A stretch of 64,000 nucleotides of DNA from Eledone cirrhosa. Its lineage: Eukaryota. This document shows, piece by piece, positions 24,701 through 35,000 of this stretch; the first letter of the stretch is position 1; every line of letters starts with the position of its first letter. The position numbers and the translations under genes were made by a program. The notes below the pieces were generated by a model. It did not search any database and was not told where the DNA came from. It worked only from the letters and a program-made list of their open reading frames with translations. Location of the stretch: positions 88,350,001 through 88,414,000 of the forward strand of contig OZ024743.1 in NCBI GenBank assembly GCA_964016885.1, given 5' to 3'.

Positions 24701-26552
24701 TGACACAAGCTTGGTTCTACAGTAGAGGGTGACACAAGCTTGGTTCTACAGTAGAGGGTGGCACAAGCTTGGTTCTACAGTAGAGGGTGACACTGGCTTG
24801 GTTCTACAGTAGAGGGCGGTACAAGCTTGGTTCTACAGTAGAGGGTGGCACAAGCTTGGTTCTACAGTAGAGGGTGACACAAGCTTCATTCTACAGTAGA
24901 GGGTGGCACAAGCTTGGTTCTACAGTAGAGGGTGGCACAAGCTTGGTTCTACAGTAGAGGGTGACACTGGCTTAGTTCTACAGTAGAGGGTGAAACAAGC
25001 TTGGTTCTACAGTAGAGGGTGACACTGGCTTGGTTCTACAGTAGAGGGTGACACTGGCTTAGTTCTACAGTAGAGGGCGGTACAAGCTTGGTTCTACAGT
25101 AGAGGGCGGTACAAGCTTGGTTCTACAGTAGAGGGTGACACAAGCTTCATTCTACAGTAGAGGGTGGCACTGGCTTACATCTACAGTAGAGGGTGACACA
25201 AGCTTGGTTCTACAGTAGAGGGTGGCACTGGCTTACATCTACAGTAGAGGGTGGCACAAGCTTGGTTCTACAGTAGAGGGTGACACTGGCTTGGTTCTAC
25301 AGTAGAGGGTGACACAAGCTTGGTTCTACAGTAGAGGGTGACACAAGCTTGTTTCTACAGTAGAGGGTGGTACAAGCTTGGTTCTACAGTAGAGGGCGGT
25401 ACAAGCTTGGTTCTACAGTAGAGGGTGACACAAGCTTGGTTCTACAGTAGAGGGTGACACAAGCTTGTTTCTACAGTAGAGGGTGGTACAAGCTTGGTTC
25501 TACAGTAGAGGGCGGTACAAGCTTGGTTCTACAGTAGAGGGTGACACAAGCTTCATTCTACAGTAGAGGGTGACACTGGCTTACATCTACAGTAGAGGGT
25601 GACACAAGCTTGGTTCTACAGTAGAGGGTGACACAAGCTTGGTTCTACAGTAGAGGGTGGCACAAGCTTGGTTCTACAGTAGAGGGTGACACTGGCTTGG
25701 TTCTACAGTAGAGGGCGGTACAAGCTTGGTTCTACAGTAGAGGGTGGCACAAGCTTGGTTCTACAGTAGAGGGTGACACAAGCTTCATTCTACAGTAGAG
25801 GGTGGCACAAGCTTGGTTCTACAGTAGAGGGTGGCACAAGCTTGGTTCTACAGTAGAGGGTGACACTGGCTTAGTTCTACAGTAGAGGGTGAAACAAGCT
25901 TGGTTCTACAGTAGAGGGTGACACTGGCTTGGTTCTACAGTAGAGGGTGACACTGGCTTAGTTCTACAGTAGAGGGCGGTACAAGCTTGGTTCTACAGTA
26001 GAGGGCGGTACAAGCTTGGTTCTACAGTAGAGGGTGACACAAGCTTCATTCTACAGTAGAGGGTGGCACTGGCTTACATCTACAGTAGAGGGTGACACAA
26101 GCTTGGTTCTACAGTAGAGGGTGGCACTGGCTTACATCTACAGTAGAGGGTGGCACAAGCTTGGTTCTACAGTAGAGGGTGACACTGGCTTGGTTCTACA
26201 GTAGAGGGTGACACAAGCTTGGTTCTACAGTAGAGGGTGACACAAGCTTGTTTCTACAGTAGAGGGTGGTACAAGCTTGGTTCTACAGTAGAGGGCGGTA
26301 CAAGCTTGGTTCTACAGTAGAGGGTGACACAAGCTTGGTTCTACAGTAGAGGGTGACACAAGCTTGTTTCTACAGTAGAGGGTGGTACAAGCTTGGTTCT
26401 ACAGTAGAGGGCGGTACAAGCTTGGTTCTACAGTAGAGGGTGACACAAGCTTCATTCTACAGTAGAGGGTGGCACACTGGCTTAGATCTAGAGTAGAGGG
26501 TGGCACAAGCTTCATTCCAGAGTAGAAGGTGGCGCTGGTTTGGTTCTACAGT
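21791..26552. repeat. 29-bp intronic satellite (ctacagtagagggtggcacaagcttggtt), ~164 units
   Basis: Continuous tandem array; most units carry a HindIII site; a limited set of recurring variants. Confidence 0.98.
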
Positions 26553-27034
26553 AATTGGTGGCGCCAAACTATTTCTAAATTAGACAGTTCATGGGGTGCA
26601 GTCAGAAATATCTTATGACAGACACTAACATTTTGAAAATAATTAAGAATTCAGAGATTTAGTAATATGACTTTCTCCTTTTTAAGCAAATGTTTGGGAC
26701 ATAACTTAACAAAGGTTCTTACATAGAACTATGATGGAAAATTTTTAGATAAATCAAAAATGCTTTAACCCTTTCAATCCCTTATTTTTAATGGAAGATA
26801 CTGCCTGTGGTTTTAAAATAATTTTGAAAATATCAAGTTGGAGGGATTTAGTAATATAACTTTTTCATTATTAAGCTGGCATTTCAAATATTACATAACA
26901 AAAGTTCTTATATAAAATTATGCTAGGAAGTTTTTAGATAAATGTAAACACTTTAAAAGAAATAATTTTGTATCATTGAACCCAGGGGTGGTTACACATA
27001 GTTTAGCATTAAAAGGGTTTATATTTAACCAATA

Positions 27035-27195
27035 GGGCAGTGGGTTGGCAGAGTCATTAGGGTGTCAGGCAAATGCTTAGCAGTATTTGTTCTAACTCTT
27101 TATGCTCTGAGTTCAAATTCCACCAGTGTCAGCTTTACTTTTCATCCATCTGAGGTTAATAAAATAAAGTAGCCGTAAAATACTGGGGTTGATTT
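27035..27195 (+). mobile_element. Degenerate Nin-type SINE
   Basis: gggcagtgggttggcagagtcattag..ctgagttcaaattccacc..cttttcatcc..aataaaataaagta. Confidence 0.6.
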
Positions 27196-27590
27196 TTTGG
27201 CATAACGCTTAAATTAGAAATCAATACTTAACCAATAATTGCTTCTGATATCATAATGATTACTAATTTAGGCACAAAGCCAGCAATTTGTGGGGAGGGG
27301 AAAAATCGATTATACTAACCCCAGTACTTTTGTCTTAATCTATATGTAACTTTGTCCTAATCTATGTATGTATGGTCCCGTAACTCCTAAGGGAATCGTA
27401 TAAACACTGTATCTCAATATGATGTTTCCAGGGCATTTTTAAAACCTGGTGAAGTCCACCTCCTCTCCTAATCTATATCAATGTCTGAATCTATATTATT
27501 GTCCTTATCTATAACTTTTCCTAATCTATGCCACTGTCCTAATATATCATTGTCCTAATCTATATATAACATTGTATTTCTACTTATCAG

Positions 27591-28688
27591 TCACAGAAGA
27601 GGTTCAGCAGTTACACTGTGCAAGATGTGTGCAACCTTCTCTCCAAAATTCAAGGTATTAAGGAAGATAATCTCATTGTTTACTCCAAATTGGTGGAAAC
27701 CAACAACATTAGTGGCCTTGTCCTTCTCTGCTGTGATTTTGATGAACTGAAAGGTGTTATGTCTATGAAATTTGGAGACTGGCAACTGTTCCGTGCCATG
27801 GTTCAGGAGTTACGAGATCAAGAAGTTGCTCAACTTTTGAGTCCCAGTTGTCGATCAAACAATGTGGAAACTCCTTCCTCTTCACACCGGAACAATCATT
27901 TTCCTCAAATGAAATCTAAACCCAGCGACCCTTTGCTCTCACGGAACCAGGATTCAGATTCTATTTTAGAATGTCCACTAGAAGAGCAATACGAACAGGA
28001 AACTTGCAACAGTCTCCTGGCTCCAATACAACCCCAACGTATAAATAGTCTTTATGTCCAGATGGACATGGAATGTGGGATGTTAAGGGAGGTCATTGAA
28101 GATTTTACAGAGACATCGATGGATGATAGCAAAAATGAAATTGATGTTTCATCTGACATATGTATCCATAATCAAAGTTCTAAGCCTTCATCACTGTCAC
28201 ACTGTACTCTTGATATTGATACTGAATTTGATGATTTAAAGACAGACTCTCTGGCTGTAACAAGCAGTTTCTACTTAGAGGACACAGATGAATCTCTTGA
28301 CCAAACCGATTCAGCCCCACTTCTACGACAAGCAACAAGCGATGAGGTTTTTTCCCCGGTTACGTTGATGCCTACCAGTCATTCTCTTGGACAATTGAGC
28401 AGCCATGCTTTCAGTGGATCAGCTTTGAAACTGCTACATTCTAAAGAAGTATCATCTGATCTTGTATGTAACCGTCCCGTGGTGATGAAAATAACTGAGT
28501 ATACAGACTCCACAGATCCTAACACTGTCCCTACAATGATATCCATGCAGGACTTACAGCCGCAATCTCGTTCCTCACAATCCAGTATTGTTCACTTTGT
28601 CCAAGATTCTAAATCAAAATCTGTACAAAACCCAAACAAAAGACACAGTTCAGGTGTTATCGAAGTTGAACGTCATGACATGCTATAG
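27591..28688 (+). CDS. KIDINS220: KIDINS220 terminal coding exon: SAM-like domain and disordered tail
   Basis: ttatcag|TCA in phase 0. YTVQDVCNLLSKIQG..NNISGLVL..ELKGVMSMKFGDWQLFRAMV matches the KIDINS220 SAM-like region. TAG at 28686-28688. Confidence 0.92.
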   Translation, partial: SQKRFSSYTVQDVCNLLSKIQGIKEDNLIVYSKLVETNNISGLVLLCCDFDELKGVMSMKFGDWQLFRAMVQELRDQEVAQLLSPSCRSNNVETPSSSHRNNHFPQMKSKPSDPLLSRNQDSDSILECPLEEQYEQETCNSLLAPIQPQRINSLYVQMDMECGMLREVIEDFTETSMDDSKNEIDVSSDICIHNQSSKPSSLSHCTLDIDTEFDDLKTDSLAVTSSFYLEDTDESLDQTDSAPLLRQATSDEVFSPVTLMPTSHSLGQLSSHAFSGSALKLLHSKEVSSDLVCNRPVVMKITEYTDSTDPNTVPTMISMQDLQPQSRSSQSSIVHFVQDSKSKSVQNPNKRHSSGVIEVERHDML

Positions 28689-28965
28689 ATATATCTAGTC
28701 CAGATGTGTTATTAAGATCAGAGGTCATGACCTGCTATAGATATAGCTAGTCTAGATGTTATGGAGGTCAAAGGTAACATGATTCAAATGTTATCAAGGT
28801 CAAAGGTCATGACATGCTATAGATATAGCTAATCCAGATGTTATCAAGGTCAGAGGTCATGACATGCTATAGATATATCTAGACTAAATGTTATCGAGGT
28901 CGAATTTTGTGACATCTGATACGGATGTTATTGAGGTCAAATGTTATGACATACTATGGAGATAT
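28655..28965. repeat. Degenerate ~50-bp tandem repeat overlapping the KIDINS220 stop codon
   Basis: gttatcaaggtcaaaggtcatgacatgctatagatatagctaatccagat-like units, about six. Confidence 0.8.
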
Positions 28966-29104
28966 CAGATGATATCACACACTATTGAGATATCGGATGA
29001 TATCACTCATTTCAGTAACATTCAGAGTGTTTTATAATTCCTATGGAAATCTTTAACTGGAGACTGTTACTAAGGTAACAGCTATTAGAGAAAAATAAAC
29101 TACC

Positions 29105-29342
29105 GGAAGTCTTTGATTTCTAATTAAAATTTGGGCGCTGGGCATTGTGTATAAACTACTGGAAGTCAATTATCTTTGATTTCTAATTAAAATTTGGGCG
29201 CTGGGCATTGTGTATAAACTACTGGAAGTCAATTATCTTTGATTTCTAATTAAAATTTGGGCGCTAGGCATTGTGTATAAACTACTGGAAGTCAATTATC
29301 TTTGATTTCTAATTAAAATTTGGAGGTGGGTAATGTGTATAA
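29105..29342. repeat. 63-bp tandem repeat (x3.7) in the probable 3' UTR, flanked by AATAAA motifs
   Basis: ctttgatttctaattaaaatttgggcgctgggcattgtgtataaactactggaagtcaattat repeated. AATAAA at ~29094 and ~29349. Confidence 0.85.
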
Positions 29343-30349
29343 TCAGTAAATAAATAATTCTAATTAAATTTATATACATTTTATTGTTATTGTTTTTATT
29401 AATTTAAGAATTGGCAGAATTGTTTGAGTGTCATATTAAACACATATTTGTTCCAGCTCTCTGAGCTCTGAGTTCAAATCGCACAGAAGTCAACGGTCGA
29501 TGGATTGGCACAATTCTTATCAAGATGTTTTGTGGTATCTGATCCAGTTCTGTGTGTTTTGAGTTCAAATCCCACCTCCTTTGGCCAAGTTATTTCAACT
29601 GGCAGATAGTATGAGCAATGGAAAGACCAATAAAAACATAGTTTCATTGCTCCAGTCTAAGAATCAGCTCCACTTTTTTTTTTATTTTTAAATTTGAGAA
29701 CAGTGGTTGGCTGAATCAGTAGAGCACTGACAAAATGTCTTGTGGTAATCTTAGTTACATTCTTTTCTGTATTCAGCTTTGTTGCCCCCTTGATAGTGAG
29801 TGGGTGGAGCTCAGCGTGCCAACCACACCCTACATAATTATCTCATCAATTTGGCTGAATGAGGTGGAGTGGTCAACGTGCACCACCCTGTCCTGCATGC
29901 CAGTCGCCAAGGTGGTAGAGGAAGGACGATGCCCTTTACTCCACCTTGCTTCCTCCCTATATCAATCTTTTTTACTCACTTATTTCCGAGATGATCATAG
30001 GGGCAAAGCCCTCAGACATACCTTCCAGAGGGTCCTATTAAAAGCAACCATTTCTAAATAATCCAGCTAGGTCCCCAAGTAAAACTAACATATCAATGGT
30101 AAAAATCATTATTTTGGTTTTCATTCTTGTGTTATGAAGAGAGTAGCAGTAAAGCCTGATAAGATATGGTATTTACATTGGTGCCTCAAGTGTGTGAGTT
30201 CAAATTTAGATATACTGTGCTGCAAGGTCAGTAGAATATGTACCAGTAAGATATTTGGATGTAATACACACAATTAATTGTTCTTGAGTCTACAATTAAA
30301 AGAAATTATTGTGTTCCTTATTTCATCAAATGGATGTCATAACAGTAAG

Positions 30350-32048
30350 TGTCAGTTGGTCTGGATAACTGTGGTATATGAATGAAGTCTGGACATCTGT
30401 GTGATGTGTCAGTTGGTCTGGAAATCCATGTAGTGTGTCAGTTGGTCTAGATATCTGTGTGGTGTGTGAGTTGGTCTAGACATCTGTGTGGTGTGTCAGT
30501 GAAGTCTGGACATCTGTGTGGTATATTAGTGAAGTCTGGACATCTGTGTGGTGTATCAGTTGATCTGGACATCTGTGTGGTGTGTCAGTGAAGTCTGGAC
30601 ATCTGTGTGGTGTGTCGGTTGGTCTAGACATCTGTGTGGTGTGTCAGTGAAGTCTGAACATCTGTGTGGTGTGTCGGTTGGTCTGGACATCTGTGTGGTG
30701 TGTCGGTTGGTCTGGACATCTGTGTGGTGTGTCGGTTGGTCTGGACATCTGTGTGGTGTGTCAGTTGGTCTGGACATATGTGTGGTGTTTCAGTGAAGTC
30801 TGAACATCTGTGTGGTGTGTCGGTTGGTCTGGACATCTGTGTGGTGTGTCAGTGAAGTCTGGACATCTGTGTGGTGTGTTGGTTGGTCTGTACATCTGTG
30901 TGGTGTGTCGGTTGGTCTGGATATCTGTGTGGTGTGTTGGTTGGTCTGGACATATGTGTGGTGTGTCAGTGAAGTCTGAACATCTGTGTGGTGTGTCAAT
31001 GAAGTCTGGACATCTGCGTGGTGTGTCGGTTGGTCTGGACATCTGTGTGGTGTGTCAGTGAAGTCTGAACATCTGTGTGGTGTTTCGGTAGGTCTGAACA
31101 TCTGTGTGGTGTGTCGGTTGGTCTGGACATCTGTATGGTGTGTCGGTTGGTCTGAACATCTGTGTGGTGTGTCGGTTGGTCTGGACATCTGTGTGGTGTG
31201 TCGGTTGGTCTGGACATATGTGTGGTGTGTCGGTTGGTCTGGACATCGGTGTGGTGTGTCGGTTGGTCTGGACATCTGTGTGGTGTGTCAGTGAAGTCTG
31301 GACATCTGTGTGGTGTGTCAGTGAAGTCTGGACATCTGTGTGGTGTGTCAGTGAAGTCTGGACATCTGTGTGGTGTGTCAGTGAAGTCTGGACATCTGTG
31401 TGGTGTTCGGTTAGTCTGGACATCTGTGTGGTGTGTCAGTGAAGTCTGGACATCTGTGTGGTGTGTCGGTTGGTCTGGACATCTGTGTGGTGTGTCAGTG
31501 AAGTCTGGACATCTGTGTGGTGTGTCGGTTTGTCTGAACATCTGTGTGGTGTGTTGGTTGGTTTGGACATCTGTGTGGTGTGTGCCAGTGAAGTCTGGAC
31601 ATCTGTGTGGTGTGTCGGTTGGTCTGGACATCTGTGTGGTGTGTCAGTGAAGTCTGAACATCTGTGTGGTGTCTCAGTGAAGTCTGGACATCTGTGTGAT
31701 GTGTCGGTTGGTCTGGACATCTGTGTGGTGTGTCGGTTGGTCTGGACATCTGCGTGGTGTGTCAGTGAAGTCTGGACATCTGTGTGGTGTCGGTTGGTCT
31801 GGACATCTGTGTGGTGTGTCGGTTGGTCTTGACATCTGTGTGGTGTGTCGGTTGGTCTGGACATCTGTGTGGTGTGTCGGTTGGTCTGGACATCTGTGTG
31901 GTGTGTCAGTGAAGTCTGGACATCTGTGTGGTGTGTCGGTTGGTCTGGACATCCGTGTGGTGTGTTGGTTGGTCTGGACATCTGTGTGGTGTGTCAGTGA
32001 AGTCTGGACATCTGTGTGGTGTGTCAGTGAAGTCTGAACATCTGTGTG
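30350..32048. repeat. Satellite of mixed 29-bp and 30-bp units (ggacatctgtgtggtgtgtc[ggttg|agtgaa]gtct)
   Basis: Direct tandem array with two interspersed unit types. Confidence 0.97.
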
Positions 32049-35000
32049 GTTATATCTGTCATGGAGTCAGTGTAAGTCTGGTGTGAGGTGTCCAGGTTAT
32101 ATCTGTCATGGAGTCAGTGTAAGTCTGGTGTGAGGTGTCCAGGTTATATCTGTTATGGAGTCAGTGTAAGTCTGGTGTGAGGTGTCTAGGTTATATCTGT
32201 CATGGAGTCAGTGTAAGTCTGGTGTGAGGTGTCTAGGTTATATCTGTCATGGAGTCAGTGTAAGTCTGGTGTGAGGTGTCTAGGTTATATCTCTCATGTA
32301 GTCAGTGTAAGTCTGGTGTGAGGTGTCTAGGTTATATCTGTCATGGAGTCAGTGTAAGTCTGGTGTGAGGTGTCTAGGTTCTATCTGTCATGGAGTCAGT
32401 GTAAGTCTGGTGTGAGGTGTCTAGGTTATATCTATCATGGAGTCAATGTAAGTCTGGTGTGAGGTGTCTAGGTTACATCTGACATGTAGTCAGTGTAAGT
32501 CTGGTGTGAGGTGTCCAGGTTATATCTATCATGGAGTCAGTGTAAGTCTGGTGTGTCAGTGAAGTCTGGACATCTGTGTGGTGTGTCAGTGAAGTCTGAA
32601 CATCTGTGTGGTTATATCTGTCATGGAGTCAGTGTAAGTCTGGTATGAGGTGTCCAGGTTATATTTATCATGGAGTCAATGTAAGTCTGGTGTGAGGTAT
32701 CCAGGTTATATCTGTCATGGAGTCAATGTAAGTCTGGTGTGAGGTGTCCAGGTTATATCTGTCATGGAGTCAATGTAAGTCTGGTGTGAGGTGTCTAGGT
32801 TATATCTCTCATGGAGTCAGTGTAAGTCTGGTGTGAGGTATCCAGGTTATATCTGTCATGGAGTCAGTGTAAGTCTGGTGTGAGGTGTCCAGGTAATATC
32901 TGTCATGGAGTCAGTGTAAGTCTGGTGTGAGGTGTCTAGGTTATATCTGTCATGGAGTCAGTGTAAGTCTGGTGTGAGGTATCCAGGTTATATCTGTCAT
33001 GGAGTCAGTGTAAGTCTGGTGTGAGGTGTCCAGGTAATATCTGTCATGGAGTCAGTGTAAGTCTGGTGTGAGGTGTCTAGGTTATATCTGTCATGGAGTC
33101 AGTGTAAGTCTGGTGTGAGGTATCCAGGTTATATCTGTCATGGAGTCAGTGTAAGTCTGGTGTGAGGTGTCCAGGTAATATCTGTCATGGAGTCAGTGTA
33201 AGTCTGGTGTGAGGTGTCTAGGTTATATCTGTCATGGAGTCAGTGTAAGTCTGGTGTGAGGTATCCAGGTTATATCTGTCATGGAGTCAGTGTAAGTCTG
33301 GTGTGAGGTGTCCAGGTAATATCTGTCATGGAGTCAGTGTAAGTCTGGTGTGAGGTGTCTAGGTTATATCTCTCATGGAGTCAGTGTAAGTCTGGTGTGA
33401 GGTGTCCAGGTTATATCTGTCATGGAGTCAGTGTAAGTCTGGTGTGAGGTGTCTAGGTTATATCTGTCATGGAGTCAGTGTAAGTCTGGTGTAAGGTGTC
33501 TAGGTTCTATCTGTCATGGAGTCAGTGTAAGTCTGGTGTGAGGTATCCAGGTTATATCTGTCATGGAGTCAATGGAAGTCTGGTGTGAGGTGTCTAGGTT
33601 ATATCTGTCATGGAGGCAGTGTAAGTCTGGTGTGAGGTGTCTAGGTTATCTCTGTCATGGAGTCAGTGTAAGTCTGGTGTGAGGTGTCTAGGTTATATCT
33701 GTCATGGAGTCAGTGTAAGTCTGGTGTGAGGTGTCTAGGTTATATCTCTCATGGAGTCAGTGTAAGTCTGGTGTGAGGTGTCTAGGTTATATCTGTCATG
33801 GAGTCAATGTAAGTCTGGTGTGAGGTGTCTAGGTTATATCTGTCATGTAGTCAGTGTAAGTCTGGTGTGAGGTGTCTAGGTTATATCTGTCATGGAGTCA
33901 GTGTAAGTCTGGTGTGAGGTGTCTAGGTTATATCTCTCATGGAGTCAGTGTAAGTCTGGTGTGAGGTGTCTAGGTTATATCTATCATGGAGTCAGTGTAA
34001 GTCTGGTGTGAGGTGTCTAGGTTATATCTGTCATGGAGTCAGTGTAAGTCTGGTGTGAGGTGTCTAGGTTATATTTATCATGGAGTCAATGTAAGTCTGG
34101 TGTGAGGTGTCCAGGTTATATCTATCATGGAGTCAGTGTAAGTCTGGTGTGAGGTGTCTAGGTTATATTTATCATGGAGTCAATGTAAGTCTGGTGTGAG
34201 GTGTCTAGGTTATATCTCTCATGGAGTCAGTGTAAGTCTGGTGTGAGGTGTCTAGGTTCTATCTGTCATGGAGTCAGTGTAAGTCTGGTGTGAGGTGTCT
34301 AGGTTATATCTGTCATGGAGTCAATGTAAGTCTGGTGTGAGGTGTCTAGGTTATATCTGTCATGGAGTCAGTGTAAGTCTGGTGTGAGGTGTCTAGGTTA
34401 TCTCTGTCATGGAGTCAGTGTAAGTCTGGTGTGAGGTGTCTAGGTTCTATCTGTCATGGAGTCAGTGTAAGTCTGGTGTGAGGTGTCTAGGTTATATCTG
34501 TCATGGAGTCAATGTAAGTCTGGTGTGAGGTGTCTAGGTTATATCTGTCATGGAGTCAGTGTAAGTCTGGTGTGAGGTGTCTAGGTTATCTCTGTCATGG
34601 AGTCAGTGTAAGTCTGGTGTGAGGTGTCTAGGTTCTATCTGTCATGGAGTCAGTGTAAGTCTGGTGTGAGGTGTCTAGGTTATATCTGTCATGGAGTCAA
34701 TGTAAGTCTGGTGTGAGGTGTCTAGATTATATCTGTCATGGAGTCAGTGTAAGTCTGGTGTGAGGTGTCTAGGTTATATCTGTCATGGAGTCAGTGTAAG
34801 TCTGGTGTGAGGTGTCTAGGTTACATCTGTCATGGAGTCAATGTAAGTCTGGTGTGAGGTGTCTAGGTTCTATCTGTCATGGAGTCAGTGTAAGTCTGGT
34901 GTGAGGTGTCTAGGTTATATCTGTCATGGAGTCAATGTAAGTCTGGTGTGAGGTGTCTAGGTTATATCTGTCATGGAGTCAGTGTAAGTCTGGTGTGAGG

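Noticed and set aside
30548-32037. Many overlapping His/Thr- or Cys/Val-rich ORFs
   Set aside because: They are translations of the 29/30-bp satellite in all frames on both strands.
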